A stretch of 64,000 bases of DNA. Origin: Bacteroidota bacterium. Lineage in GTDB: Bacteria > Bacteroidota > Ignavibacteria > Ignavibacteriales > Melioribacteraceae. The translations under genes were made by a program, and so were the position numbers. The stretch lies in assembly GCA_018818065.1 (NCBI GenBank), contig JAHISV010000005.1, positions 42,527 through 106,526 of the forward strand, given 5' to 3'. The notes beneath the pieces were generated by a model, which was given only the letters and a program-made list of their open reading frames with translations, did no database searches and was not told the DNA's origin. The first letter of the stretch is position 1, and each line of letters opens with the position of its first letter. Shown piece by piece: positions 38,151-48,789 of the stretch.

Positions 38151-39599
38151 TTAACTTTTTCCTCTGTTACTCTTAATCTCTCTTGCCCACTTATTTTTTC
38201 GCCACGATTTCGATTTTTCAGAAGCGCCACTCCTGTCATTCCTTGATTTTTCAGTAGTACCGCTTTTAATGCTTTTGGGTTTTTCGGAAGCACTGCTCCT
38301 CTCGCCCCTTGGTTTTTCAGAAGCGCTGCTTTTCTCACTTCTTGACTTTTCGGTTCTTGATCCACCTTTCGCTTGTCTGGGTTTTCCACTCGATGATCTT
38401 GGCTTATTATTGGGCTGCTTATCTTTGTTGCTTGATGGTTTTGGGTTCACAATAGCAGCTGCATCAGAGACATATGGATGATCTTCAATAAGAGGTATGG
38501 GAATAGCAATCAGTTTGTTAATATCCTTCAAAAAAGCTCTTTCCTCACCGTCGCAAAAAGAGATTGCAACTCCTCCCAATCCAGCGCGGCCCGTTCGACC
38601 GATTCTGTGGACGTAAGTTTCAGGAATATTCGGGATCTCATAATTTATCACATGGGAAAGTTCGTCAATATCAATTCCACGTGCGGCAATATCAGTTGCT
38701 ACTAAAACTCTGGTTTTCTTTTCCTTAAAATTATTCAAGGCTCTCTGACGAGCGTTCTGAGATTTATTGCCATGAATGGCCTCGGATAAAATATTGGCCT
38801 TGTTCAAAACTTTTGCCACAATATCAGCTCCATGTTTGGTGCGTGTAAAAACAAGTGCGGATACAATTGCGGGATCTTTTAAGAGATGAATAAGTAGATT
38901 TTTTTTATCGGGTCTTGCAACGTAATAGAGACTCTGCTTAATTGCCTCAACAGTAGGTGATTCAGGAGTGATTTCAATTTTAACGGGGTTCACTAAAATG
39001 GTCTTTGCAAGTTTCACAATCTCATCCGGCATGGTAGCGGAGAAGAATAACGATTGTCTTTTAGAAGGTAATTTTGAAATTATTTTTTTTACATCATTTA
39101 TAAATCCCATATCCAGCATGCGGTCTGCTTCATCAAGTACAAATAATTCAAGGTGATTAAGAATAATATAATTTTGTTCCATCAGATCCAGTAGTCTACC
39201 AGGTGTAGCTACAAGAATATCAACACCTGCTTTTAGTCGATCAGTTTGGAGTCTCTGTTTAACACCACCAAAGACAACAACATTCTTTAGTCCTGTATGC
39301 TTACCGTAGGCGGTAAAACTATCACCAATTTGAACGGCAAGTTCCCGGGTCGGTGTAAGTATCAGTGATCGAATTGTCCGTCTTCTGGGAGCACCTTCCT
39401 TTTTGTTGGAAAGTATCTGCAGGATAGGAAGTGCAAACGCAGCAGTTTTGCCTGTTCCTGTTTGAGCACAACCAAGTAAATCCTTCCCCGAAAGTATAAT
39501 TGGAATGGCGCGATTCTGAATTGGGGTTGGTCTTATATAGCCTTCTTCGGCTAACGATTTTTGTAATGTTTGAATGAGATTTATTTTCTTGAATGACAT
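38151..39599 (-). CDS. DEAD-box ATP-dependent RNA helicase with basic Ser/Lys/Glu-rich repetitive C-terminal tail
   Basis: '[16 protein letters not shown]', 'PTRELAVQI', '[13 protein letters not shown]', 'SAT', '[10 protein letters not shown]'. Tail '[27 protein letters not shown]...'. Confidence 0.9.
   Translation of the reverse strand: MSFKKINLIQTLQKSLAEEGYIRPTPIQNRAIPIILSGKDLLGCAQTGTGKTAAFALPILQILSNKKEGAPRRRTIRSLILTPTRELAVQIGDSFTAYGKHTGLKNVVVFGGVKQRLQTDRLKAGVDILVATPGRLLDLMEQNYIILNHLELFVLDEADRMLDMGFINDVKKIISKLPSKRQSLFFSATMPDEIVKLAKTILVNPVKIEITPESPTVEAIKQSLYYVARPDKKNLLIHLLKDPAIVSALVFTRTKHGADIVAKVLNKANILSEAIHGNKSQNARQRALNNFKEKKTRVLVATDIAARGIDIDELSHVINYEIPNIPETYVHRIGRTGRAGLGGVAISFCDGEERAFLKDINKLIAIPIPLIEDHPYVSDAAAIVNPKPSSNKDKQPNNKPRSSSGKPRQAKGGSRTEKSRSEKSSASEKPRGERSSASEKPKSIKSGTTEKSRNDRSGASEKSKSWRKNKWAREIKSNRGKS
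38190..38370. repeat. imperfect ~40-bp tandem nucleotide repeats encoding the helicase C-terminal tail
   Basis: Recurring 'tttttcagaagcgc..ct..', 'tttttcagtagtaccgct', 'tttttcggaagcactgct', 'tttttcagaagcgctgct' units. Confidence 0.5.
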
Positions 39600-40015
39600 C
39601 TATTGAATTTTCCTTTTAAATCTGACTTAGATAAATTTATTCTGTTCTGGATCAGTTGCGGAATGAATGAAAATCTTATAAAGAATTGCAGACAAAGGTA
39701 AGAGACTGAAGCATTACAAATAAGTACAATTCAAAACTAGCGTAATTATATCTTATATCAAAAGGGATAAGTTACTAATTGGTGATATTCAATATTGAAT
39801 CCAACAAGTGATTTTCAAGGAAAAGGACTAAACCATATGACGATATTTCTTACTTTACATTTTACAAGCCGAATGAAAATTGATGAGCCTTCCATTCTTA
39901 GAACTAACTAATACTCAATATTGTTGGTATTTGTTGTGACATTAAACTCACCTTTACAGTAGCAAAATTTAATTATCTCTATGAGCTGTTTTTAAGAAAA
40001 AAGTGAAAGAATTTT

Positions 40016-43000
40016 ATGAATAATACTTGTCTCCTTTTATATTATAGCTTCTCCCTTTTGCTATTGGGAAACGGTTTTTTGATTAATGGGCAATCTGAAA
40101 GTGAGACTGGATCTATCTTAGAAAATGAATTTATCTTTCAACACTATTCAACTGAGGATGGATTATCACAAAACTCAACTTATACAATTTTGCAGGATAG
40201 AAAAGGTTTTCTTTGGTTCGGCACCCAGGGCGGTGTAAACCGGTATAACAGTTACGAATTTAAGATCTTCAGCAATAATCCCTTTGATACAACCAGCCTA
40301 AGGCACAGTTATGTTAATAAATTGTATGAAGATACAAAAGGGCGAATATGGGTCTGTACTGAGGGAGGACTCTCACTATTTAATCCGCTAACAGAAGCAT
40401 TTATTAATTTCACTCATGATGATTCAAATCCGCAAAGTGTGGATGATAACTTTGTCTGGACAATTTTTGAAGACAGTAAAGAGACTTTGTGGGTTGGCAC
40501 AAAAAAGGGATTAAGCAGGTTTGATCCTGATAAAAGAATATTCGAGGTTATTAGTTTTACTTCTCTGGGAAATGAAAGAATTCACTCCCCAAATGTGACG
40601 GCAATATTTGAAGATAATGAAGGTAATCTTTGGATAACCAGCCGCGGCAGGGGTTTATATAAAATTAAAAGGATTGACAGTGGTCCAATAACACAGGTTA
40701 ACCTTCAAGTTGAATTTTACTCTCCGGGAAATGGAGATGTACGCGCAATTGTTCAGGAGACAAACGGTGACTTATATGCAGGAACTTTTGGAAGGGGATT
40801 GTTTAAGTATGACGAGAATAAAAGAGAATTTATTGCTGTTTCCAGGGAGCCGTTAAAAACTTTGGATATAAACCCGGGTTTTATAAAAACCTTATTCTAT
40901 GACATATCCATGCCCGATTTTCTTTGGCTGGGAACAGAGGAAGACGGAGTTATAATCTACAATACAAAAACAGGTAAATATTTAAAAATAGATAATAATC
41001 CTGATTCACCTAATGCCTTTCGAGGCAGTATGGTTTACTCGATTTATAAAGATCGTTCGAATCTTATCTGGATTGGCACAAACGAAGGGATCAACCTGCT
41101 CAATTTGAGAGTTAATAAATTTGAGCATGTTCAAAAGGAAAAAAATAATGATTTCGGACTAAGCCACAACGCAATTGGTACTATGATAGAAGACCGTGAT
41201 GGAATAATGTGGATTGGCACAGACGGCGGCGGATTAAATAAATACAACAGATCATCAAATAAGTTCACACACTTTCTTCACAATAAAAATGATCCTTCTT
41301 CCATTTCAAGTAACCGTGCAATGATTGTTTTCGAAGATCATACAGGCACAATTTGGGTGGGAACTTACGGTGGCGGTCTAAACAAATTTATTCGTGAAAC
41401 AGGTAGTTTTGAAAGTTATATTCATAGTCAGACTGATTCCACGAGTATTGGAAGCGATTATATAACCTCTATTGTAGAAGATAAGGATAATTATTTGTGG
41501 ATCGGAACAACAACGGCTGGAATCAACAGGTTTAATCCCAAGACAAAAAAAATCAGGTCTTTTCTGAACAATCCGAGAGATTCACTTAGTATAAGCGATA
41601 ATCACGTGTGGATACTATTTCTCGACAAAAACAACAGACTTTGGGCCGGGACCAAGAATGGCGGTTTGAATGAAATGGTTGAGAGGGAAAAAGGTTTGTT
41701 CAGGCGTTATGTGCATCAGGAGAAGATACCCACCAGTTTAATTGATAATACAGTATTTGCTCTTTATGAAGACAATCATTCCGGTTTTTGGGTTGGAACG
41801 AATGGGGGTCTTTCAAAACTGGACAGGATGAGCGGAGAGTTTAACAACTTCAACGGGGCAGCAGGACCTCTCCACCCCGGAGCTGTCGGAATATTGGAAG
41901 ATGACCAAAATCGGTTATGGCTCTTAAGCGGAAACGCTATTACACGGTTTGACCCCGTGACAAATGACATTAAAATCTATGATAATGAAAATGGTATGAT
42001 GATAAACGATTTGCGCATCTGGTCCTGTTTCAAAAATAATAGGGGAGAAATGTTTTTCGGCGGCGCTAATGGGTTTACTGTTTTTCACCCGGATAGTCTT
42101 AAAGACAATTCTTTTATTCCGCCGGTTGTCATTGATAATTTTGAAAGATTTAATACGGAGGACCATTTTGATAAAGCGATAATTGAAAAAGGCATAGCCT
42201 ATCGGGATAAGATAAAACTCTCCTATAAAGACAATCTTTTTTCCTTTTCATTTGCAGTATTAAACTATATAAATCCAGACAAGAATCAATATGCTTATAA
42301 ACTCGAAGGCTTTAATAGTGATTGGATAAATCTTGGTTCACAGAAAAAAGTGACTTTCGTTAATATTGATCCCGGCACATATACGTTAAGAGTAAAAGGA
42401 TCTAATGATGACGGTTTGTGGAATGAAGAAGGGACTGCTCTCGAAATGATAATTTCTCCCCCCTTTTGGATTACATGGTGGTTCAGGAGCGGTATATTTT
42501 TAGTCATTGTTTTTGCTGTTGTTCTTTTTATGCGTAATAAGTTAAAGTCCGCTGACAGACATCACAAAGAACAGGAAGCTTTTGCCCGTCAATTAATTGA
42601 AACTGAAGAACTTGAGCGCCAGCGAATAGCTAATGAGCTGCATGACAGTCTTGGACAAAATTTATTGGTAATAAAGAATAGTTTACTTGTTAAACAGGGG
42701 CTAGCCCAACTTGAGGGGAAAAGTTTATTGGAAACTTCAGAACTTGTTTCTCAAACAATTCAGGAGGTGCGTACTATATCACATAATCTACGCCCTCATT
42801 TGCTGGATCAACTGGGACTCACAAAAACAATTAAATCGTTGGCAAAACAATTGAATGAATTGTCCGGTATTAATATTATTACAGAAGTAGACGACTTAAA
42901 TAACGCTTTGGAAACCAAAGCAGAAATCAATCTTTTTAGAATTATTCAGGAAACATTCAATAATATTATAAAACATTCCGGAGCATCCAAGGCAGTAATA

Positions 43001-43222
43001 AAAATCAAACGTTTTCCGGAGTTTTTAACTGTTTTAATTGAAGACAATGGAAAGGGTATGAATATATCTGAAATTAAAAAACGTGAAGATTATGGAGAAG
43101 GATTCGGTCTTTATGGTATGGAAAAACGCGCACATGTTTTTAACTGGATATATGAAATTGACTCCAAGCGACATGTTGGCACAAAAATTAAGCTGACGAT
43201 TCCACTAAAAAGGAGTTCCTGA
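40016..43222 (+). CDS. sensor histidine kinase with periplasmic two-component-regulator propeller (Reg_prop/Y_Y_Y) domain, one TM, HisKA_3 + HATPase_c
   Basis: Repeated 'GLSQNSTYTILQDRKGFLWFGTQGG'-type propeller blades. TM 'WWFRSGIFLVIVFAVVLF'. 'RIANELHDSLGQNL' (HisKA_3 H-box). 'GKGMNISE...GFGLYGMEKRA'. Confidence 0.8.
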   Translation: MNNTCLLLYYSFSLLLLGNGFLINGQSESETGSILENEFIFQHYSTEDGLSQNSTYTILQDRKGFLWFGTQGGVNRYNSYEFKIFSNNPFDTTSLRHSYVNKLYEDTKGRIWVCTEGGLSLFNPLTEAFINFTHDDSNPQSVDDNFVWTIFEDSKETLWVGTKKGLSRFDPDKRIFEVISFTSLGNERIHSPNVTAIFEDNEGNLWITSRGRGLYKIKRIDSGPITQVNLQVEFYSPGNGDVRAIVQETNGDLYAGTFGRGLFKYDENKREFIAVSREPLKTLDINPGFIKTLFYDISMPDFLWLGTEEDGVIIYNTKTGKYLKIDNNPDSPNAFRGSMVYSIYKDRSNLIWIGTNEGINLLNLRVNKFEHVQKEKNNDFGLSHNAIGTMIEDRDGIMWIGTDGGGLNKYNRSSNKFTHFLHNKNDPSSISSNRAMIVFEDHTGTIWVGTYGGGLNKFIRETGSFESYIHSQTDSTSIGSDYITSIVEDKDNYLWIGTTTAGINRFNPKTKKIRSFLNNPRDSLSISDNHVWILFLDKNNRLWAGTKNGGLNEMVEREKGLFRRYVHQEKIPTSLIDNTVFALYEDNHSGFWVGTNGGLSKLDRMSGEFNNFNGAAGPLHPGAVGILEDDQNRLWLLSGNAITRFDPVTNDIKIYDNENGMMINDLRIWSCFKNNRGEMFFGGANGFTVFHPDSLKDNSFIPPVVIDNFERFNTEDHFDKAIIEKGIAYRDKIKLSYKDNLFSFSFAVLNYINPDKNQYAYKLEGFNSDWINLGSQKKVTFVNIDPGTYTLRVKGSNDDGLWNEEGTALEMIISPPFWITWWFRSGIFLVIVFAVVLFMRNKLKSADRHHKEQEAFARQLIETEELERQRIANELHDSLGQNLLVIKNSLLVKQGLAQLEGKSLLETSELVSQTIQEVRTISHNLRPHLLDQLGLTKTIKSLAKQLNELSGINIITEVDDLNNALETKAEINLFRIIQETFNNIIKHSGASKAVIKIKRFPEFLTVLIEDNGKGMNISEIKKREDYGEGFGLYGMEKRAHVFNWIYEIDSKRHVGTKIKLTIPLKRSS

Positions 43223-43223
43223 A

Positions 43224-43865
43224 ATGGAGAAAATTAAAGTTGTTATTGCAGATGACCATCCTATGTTTCGTGGAGGTGTTCGCCAGGCATTAGAAACAGA
43301 TGGCAACATAAATGTTATAGGTGAAGCATCCAATGGGAAAGAAGCTTTGGAAATTATTCTTGAACAAAAACCCCATGTTGCTGTTCTTGATATTAATATG
43401 CCATTTTTAACGGGACTTCAGGTAGCAAAAGAGCTAAGAGAAAAAGACAATAAGGTAGAAATTGTTCTTCTTACTATGTTCGATGATGAGGATATATTAA
43501 ACGAAGCTATGGATCTGGGAGTAAAGGCTTATATATTAAAAGAAAGCGCTGCCCTGGATATTGTTAATGCCGTAAATATGGTGCATGCTGGACGTAATTA
43601 CATCAGCCCAGCCTTAACCTTAAAACTAATGGAAAAGAAAAAAAATCAAAATGAATTTATTAACGGCTACAAGGATCTTTCCATAAAAGAAATTAAAGTG
43701 CTTAAGCTTATAGCTGAATCAAAATCAACGAAAGAAATTGCCGAAGATCTTTTTTTGAGTCCCAAAACAGTGGAAAATTATCGTTACAGAATATCAGAAA
43801 AACTTAATTTAAGAGGATCCTACAGTCTTTTAAAATTTGCCCTCGAAAACAAAGAATTATTTTAA
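43224..43865 (+). CDS. NarL/FixJ-family response regulator (REC + LuxR-type HTH)
   Basis: 'KVVIADDHPMFRGG', 'VAVLDINMP', HTH 'LSIKEIKVLKLIAESKSTKEIAEDLFLSPKTVENYRYRISEKL'. It starts 2 bp after the kinase stop. Confidence 0.9.
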   Translation: MEKIKVVIADDHPMFRGGVRQALETDGNINVIGEASNGKEALEIILEQKPHVAVLDINMPFLTGLQVAKELREKDNKVEIVLLTMFDDEDILNEAMDLGVKAYILKESAALDIVNAVNMVHAGRNYISPALTLKLMEKKKNQNEFINGYKDLSIKEIKVLKLIAESKSTKEIAEDLFLSPKTVENYRYRISEKLNLRGSYSLLKFALENKELF

Positions 43866-43957
43866 CACCCCTTAATAGAGTGGTTCCACTCTATCTTTCT
43901 CTAAAAAATAATCACACCTTGTGTCTGACATTAATAAAATCATACACTTGGTCCTAA

Positions 43958-44314
43958 ATGAAATTAATGATAGTAGATGACAGCGCAGAAATGAGAAAGT
44001 CTATACGTTCAATAGTTACCAATACGAGAGATACCGTATTTGAATGTGAAAACGGCAGTCAGGTTTTGCCAATTTATGTCAAAGAACATCCTGATTATGT
44101 TTTGATGGACATTAATATGCCTGTAATGAATGGGATTGAAGCTACAAGAAATCTGATAGCTAAATTTCCTGAGGCGAGAGTACTTATCATCTCTAATTAC
44201 AATGACGATGAATTTCGTAAGGAAGCTGAGGAATCGGGCGCTATAAAATATTTTGTTAAGGATAATTTAATAGACATAAAAACCTATTTGCTCAAAGATT
44301 GGGTCATAAACTGA
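43958..44314 (+). CDS. single-domain CheY-like receiver protein
   Basis: 'KLMIVDDSAEMRKSI', 'VLMDINMPVMNGIEA', 'RVLIISNYND'. 118 aa. Confidence 0.8.
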   Translation: MKLMIVDDSAEMRKSIRSIVTNTRDTVFECENGSQVLPIYVKEHPDYVLMDINMPVMNGIEATRNLIAKFPEARVLIISNYNDDEFRKEAEESGAIKYFVKDNLIDIKTYLLKDWVIN

Positions 44315-44379
44315 TCAAAGATATTTTAGAAATTCAGATTACAAAATAAATTTGTTTTATAATAAATAGGAGTTACACA

Positions 44380-46905
44380 ATGTATAATATAGTACAAAAT
44401 CTAAAGCTAGGGATATCAAAGGTATTGAACTCATTTACTTTTATGTTCTTATTTTCAGTAATGATTTTTGGAGCTAATTCTGTTTCGGCTCAAGGTAGTT
44501 CTGTTGATTTAAGTGCCCCAGGTGATTATATAAATTTGGGAACTGCACTTACAAATGCTACTAATTTTACAACAAGCTCTGTTTTTACAATGGAGACTTG
44601 GGTTAAAATTAACACAGTGGCTGGTTATAACACTATTTTTGCAAACAGACCTTCCGGTGGTAGTGAACGAGGTTATGCCTTTTTCTTATATGATGGGAAG
44701 CCATATTTTGAATCTTATGCATCAGGCAGCATTGCCCCAACAGCCATAGATGCAAATGTTTGGACACATGTAGCTCTTGTATTTAACTATGGAACTTGTA
44801 GTTTTTATATAAACGGTGAATTTGTTCATTCTTCTTCAGGTGTTAATGTTTATCCCCGTTCTTCGACATCTGCATTGCTTGGTACTCTTACTAATGGCTG
44901 GGCTGGATTTAACGGCAGTTTAGATGAATTTAGAATCTGGAATGTCGCACGTACTCAAGAGGAAATTGCAGCAGATATGAGCCACAATACATTGTGTAAC
45001 GATAATGGACTCCTTGCGTATTTCCCGTTTGATGAAAACTCAGGTACTGCGGTTTCAAGTACCATTGGCGGCTATGTTGGTGAACTATTATCAGGAGCAG
45101 CTTGGTCGAATGGTGTATCTGTTTCACCTTGCCCTCCACCAGCACCGCTCCAAACTCTTACAATTCTCGGCGGTAACGGACAACCAGGTGATATTGATCC
45201 TTACATTGAAGCTTCTCGTGATAACGGTGCAACTTGGCAGCCTGCTTTTTTAACAGGATGGCATCCATGGAATTTTGTAGATGGTACCAATAGCTGGATT
45301 AATTTTGATCCAAGTCCTTTTGTTGGTTTATATGAAGAAACAGATTATAGGATTAGATTTTATATTCCAGAAGAATTTTCAGATCCAAAAATGACCTTTA
45401 CAATTAAAGCCGATAACTACGCATGGCTTTCTATAAATGGCAGAGTGTTAGATTATATTACAGGTCAGGCATCAAATGCGCCTGATTTATCAATTGATCA
45501 AGATCTTGTTCCTGGCTTAAATGAAATTACTGTAAGATTAAAAGATGAAGGCGGCTGGGTAGGATTAAATTACAGAATAGACATTACAATGTATTCTAAT
45601 GAAGCCCCAACATTTGAACCCTCACGATTTGTAAATACGGCCCCTGTTGCAAATGCCGGACAAGATCAAACAATTGATTGCGCTCCATTGGCTGGTAGTG
45701 AAGTTACTTTAGACGGCAGCGGTTCTTCTGATGAAGATGGTGACGTTTTATCCTATAGTTGGAGTAACGGAGCAACAACAGCAGCTCAAACAGTAACACT
45801 TGCACCAGGCACACATACACTTATCTTAATAGTAAATGACGGCAAAGGTGGAACAGCTTCTGATGAAGTTACGGTAACAATCAATGCAGATGCAACTGCT
45901 CCAGTACCAGATGCTGAAGCTTTAGCAGATGTAACAGGTGAGTGTGGTGCGGTTGTAACAGAAGTTCCAACAGCAACAGACGAGTGTGAGGGACCTATTG
46001 TAGGAACAACAAGTGATCCATTAGAATATACTTCACAGGGTGCATTTGTAGTTACCTGGACGTTTACAGACTCCAATGGCAATTTTTCTGAACAAACACA
46101 AAATGTAGTGGTTGATGACGTTACTGAGCCAACTATCGAGTCAACTGAACAAGCGCTCACTTTATGGTCTCCAAACCATAAATATGAGACCGTAAGTCTA
46201 AGCGACTTTGGAGTATCTGTAACTGATAACTGTGCAGATGTTTCAGTTTCTTCAATTTTGATTACAAAAGTGACAAGTGATGAACCTGAAGATGCTAATA
46301 GCAATGGCGACGGTAATACGAAAAATGATATTGTGATTGCAGATGATTTCCAATCTGTAGATTTAAGGAAAGAAAGAGAAGGAACCGGGAACGGTCGCGT
46401 CTACACCATTTACGTATCCGTCAGCGATGGTAACGGAAACATTGGAAGCGCATCCTTCCAGGTTGGTGTTCCGCATGATAAAAAAGATACAGCTATTGAT
46501 GATGGAGCTGTATATGAAGTGCTTGGTGGAACCGTTATTCCAGCAGTTGCACCTTTGACTAATGACATGGTAAATGTTGGCGGAGGATCATCTGAAACAG
46601 ATTTTTCTCTCCAGAAAAATTCTGATAATGAAGCTTTACCGGAAGGATTCGAGCTAAGTCAGAACTATCCGAATCCATTTAATCCAACAACATCCATTAG
46701 GTTCGCACTACCAGAATCAGGTTACTACTCCTTAAGTGTTTATAATACACTTGGTCAGGAAGTAGCAAATCTGATTGATGGTCAGTTATCGGCAGGGAGC
46801 CATACAGTCAACTTTGACGCTTCAAATCTATCATCAGGTATTTATATTTATAGCATAAGAGGTGCTAATGTAAATATTTCCAAGAAAATGAACTTAATGA
46901 AGTAG
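44380..46905 (+). CDS. T9SS-secreted multidomain surface protein (LamG/concanavalin-like + PKD + HYR-like + Por C-terminal sorting domain)
   Basis: Signal peptide. LamG-like 'FTMETWVKINTVAGYNTIFANRPSG...DEFRIWNVARTQEEI'. PKD 'LDGSGSSDEDGDVLSYSWSNG'. C-terminal 'LSQNYPNPFNPTTSIRFALPESGYYSLSVYNTLGQEV...SGIYIYSI' is the Por_Secre_tail. Confidence 0.8.
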   Translation: MYNIVQNLKLGISKVLNSFTFMFLFSVMIFGANSVSAQGSSVDLSAPGDYINLGTALTNATNFTTSSVFTMETWVKINTVAGYNTIFANRPSGGSERGYAFFLYDGKPYFESYASGSIAPTAIDANVWTHVALVFNYGTCSFYINGEFVHSSSGVNVYPRSSTSALLGTLTNGWAGFNGSLDEFRIWNVARTQEEIAADMSHNTLCNDNGLLAYFPFDENSGTAVSSTIGGYVGELLSGAAWSNGVSVSPCPPPAPLQTLTILGGNGQPGDIDPYIEASRDNGATWQPAFLTGWHPWNFVDGTNSWINFDPSPFVGLYEETDYRIRFYIPEEFSDPKMTFTIKADNYAWLSINGRVLDYITGQASNAPDLSIDQDLVPGLNEITVRLKDEGGWVGLNYRIDITMYSNEAPTFEPSRFVNTAPVANAGQDQTIDCAPLAGSEVTLDGSGSSDEDGDVLSYSWSNGATTAAQTVTLAPGTHTLILIVNDGKGGTASDEVTVTINADATAPVPDAEALADVTGECGAVVTEVPTATDECEGPIVGTTSDPLEYTSQGAFVVTWTFTDSNGNFSEQTQNVVVDDVTEPTIESTEQALTLWSPNHKYETVSLSDFGVSVTDNCADVSVSSILITKVTSDEPEDANSNGDGNTKNDIVIADDFQSVDLRKEREGTGNGRVYTIYVSVSDGNGNIGSASFQVGVPHDKKDTAIDDGAVYEVLGGTVIPAVAPLTNDMVNVGGGSSETDFSLQKNSDNEALPEGFELSQNYPNPFNPTTSIRFALPESGYYSLSVYNTLGQEVANLIDGQLSAGSHTVNFDASNLSSGIYIYSIRGANVNISKKMNLMK

Positions 46906-46930
46906 AGTGAAGTAGTGAATAAAAGGTTTA

Positions 46931-46958
46931 GCCCCGGATATTCGGGGCTTTGCTTTTT
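46931..46958. terminator. rho-independent terminator (bidirectional) between the T9SS gene and the thioesterase gene
   Basis: 'gccccggatattcggggc' followed by 'tttgcttttt'. Confidence 0.6.
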
Positions 46959-46999
46959 AATAAACAAGAAAACTTCTAATAGATTTTTTATCAATAAAT

Positions 47000-47479
47000 T
47001 TACTTTATCATGTTTTCCGGCATGTGAACGGCAATAACTTTACCTCGTGCAGTAACCACACCTTCTGCAGAAAGAGTAATTTCAGAAACTACTTTCTTTC
47101 CTTTCAATTCCGTTATTCTACCTCTAATCTCAAGTTCTACACCAAGAGGCGTTGGTTTCAAATAATCAACCTGGAGAGAGGCAGTAACAAACCGGAAGGG
47201 AGGCAGAGAACCAAGTTCACGGTTTTCAAATTTATAGGCAGCCAAGGCGGCTGATCCTGTTCCATGGCAGTCAATCAACGAGGCTATCAAACCGCCATAT
47301 ACATAGCCCGGAATGGCTGTGTGATACTCTCTTGGAGTAAAGTATGTAACAGTTTCTTCGCCGTCCCATTTTGTTTTTATCTGATGACCATGTTCATTTA
47401 GTTTACCACAGCCATAGCAATGTGCTACGTCATCCGGATAGAAATCCTGTACACTTTTTGATTCCATTTTAAATTCCAT
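47000..47479 (-). CDS. PaaI-family hotdog-fold thioesterase
   Basis: 'GYVYGGLIASLIDCHGTGSAAL' is the characteristic PaaI/4HBT motif. 159 aa. Confidence 0.8.
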   Translation of the reverse strand: MEFKMESKSVQDFYPDDVAHCYGCGKLNEHGHQIKTKWDGEETVTYFTPREYHTAIPGYVYGGLIASLIDCHGTGSAALAAYKFENRELGSLPPFRFVTASLQVDYLKPTPLGVELEIRGRITELKGKKVVSEITLSAEGVVTARGKVIAVHMPENMIK

Positions 47480-47539
47480 TCCTAAGATTATTAGTAATTA
47501 AGCGAGCGAAAATAATGAAATTAAATCATTACTCTGAAT

Positions 47540-48040
47540 TTATAATCCTATTCCAATATGTAAACCAATTGTATAATGATTATCTTCGCTTGACACGCCA
47601 TATCCAACTACTGGCCCAATTCCAATTTCACCTACCTCAAATTCATAGGTAAGTTCTATGTGAGTTACAAATTGACTTTCATTGCTTCCTTCATGTTCGG
47701 TTATTAAAACACCAGGTGAGACATCAAAGACAAAATGCCATATCGGATTAATTGAAATTGTTCCTACTACGCTATAGTGTGTGTGCTCTGAAAAGATATG
47801 CTCGTAACCCAGGCCTAAAGCTATCCTTTCCCAAATATTCTCATCACCCAGTTTTCTGAGCAAATGAATATGGGCACTTAATGGAGTTTCATTCTCTTCC
47901 ACAAGATGATTAAGACCAAATGAAAACCCCAGCTCATAATCACTATCGTGATGATGGTGAGTATCAGAATCTTGTGCTAAAAGAATATTTGACAGCGATA
48001 ATGCAAAAACAAAAAGTAAAACTGTAAATTTGGAAGTCAT
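47540..48040 (-). CDS. hypothetical secreted His-rich protein (possible small beta-barrel/metal-binding)
   Basis: Signal peptide 'MTSKFTVLLFVFALSLSNILLA'. 'DTHHHHDSDYELG' and numerous additional His. Alternating hydrophobic pattern with C-terminal 'IGLHIGIGL'. Confidence 0.45.
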   Translation of the reverse strand: MTSKFTVLLFVFALSLSNILLAQDSDTHHHHDSDYELGFSFGLNHLVEENETPLSAHIHLLRKLGDENIWERIALGLGYEHIFSEHTHYSVVGTISINPIWHFVFDVSPGVLITEHEGSNESQFVTHIELTYEFEVGEIGIGPVVGYGVSSEDNHYTIGLHIGIGL

Positions 48041-48178
48041 CAGAAGATCCTATTTGATTGTTACTTTTAGCTGTAAGATGCTTATAAAGCGGAGAGGTTT
48101 CACGCTTACAAGTTCGATTCTGCTGTTGAATTTTGATTCACTTGTTAAAAGAAACGCAGCCGCTTCTCAAATATAATA

Positions 48179-48781
48179 TCACTCAACATCAGAGGGAAAA
48201 AGTTTTGCGAATTGAGCCTTTATTTGATTTAGAAGTTCAAAGGGATTTCCCGATTTGAAATAAATCTTTTCATCCTCTCCCAAGTCCATCTCAATCATGC
48301 AACCATATTCCATTTCAAATTCATCCGAAACCAATTCATAAAGTTCCGGTGGATATTTTATTGGTGCCCTGTTATCGCCGTATCGCCACTCAATTTTTGC
48401 TAAAAACGATTCAACATAATTCATTACATCCATTTTTGCCTTTTCCCAGTCCTGATCAGTGTACAAATATTGTGTGTTCTCACTCTCTTCAAAAACTTCT
48501 TTTTCCCCAATAATTTCTTTCTCTCCGTTTACAATAATCGAAATGTGATGCGGGTATTCATAGGCGGGGTTGTCCGGTTCGTATGTAAATTCAGTTTCAA
48601 TATAAGTGGTGTAATGATAATCAATTTGCAGCTGATCACCTGGTAACACATTAGTCTTAATCTCGTTCAATTTATAGCTTACATAACCGAAATGGCCACT
48701 ACCGCCGCTTTGTTCACCAAGCTTTTCATCTCTTTCAATTTTTGACTTTACTATTGCTTCAATTTCTTCTTCTGTAATCAT
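48179..48781 (-). CDS. hypothetical acidic cytoplasmic protein
   Basis: 200 aa, Glu/Asp/Tyr-rich, no recognisable motif. Stop lies 8 bp after the preceding gene's end. Confidence 0.45.
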   Translation of the reverse strand: MITEEEIEAIVKSKIERDEKLGEQSGGSGHFGYVSYKLNEIKTNVLPGDQLQIDYHYTTYIETEFTYEPDNPAYEYPHHISIIVNGEKEIIGEKEVFEESENTQYLYTDQDWEKAKMDVMNYVESFLAKIEWRYGDNRAPIKYPPELYELVSDEFEMEYGCMIEMDLGEDEKIYFKSGNPFELLNQIKAQFAKLFPSDVE

Positions 48782-48789
48782 ATTTCACC

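Noticed and set aside
38123-38389. 88-aa minus-strand ORF overlapping the helicase 3' end
   Set aside because: It is an alternate-frame translation of the tandem repeats encoding the helicase tail. The helicase frame is unambiguous.
45786-46304. 172-aa minus-strand ORF rich in Ser/Thr/Val
   Set aside because: Antisense to the PKD/HYR region of the T9SS cargo gene. It reflects the compositional bias of that region.
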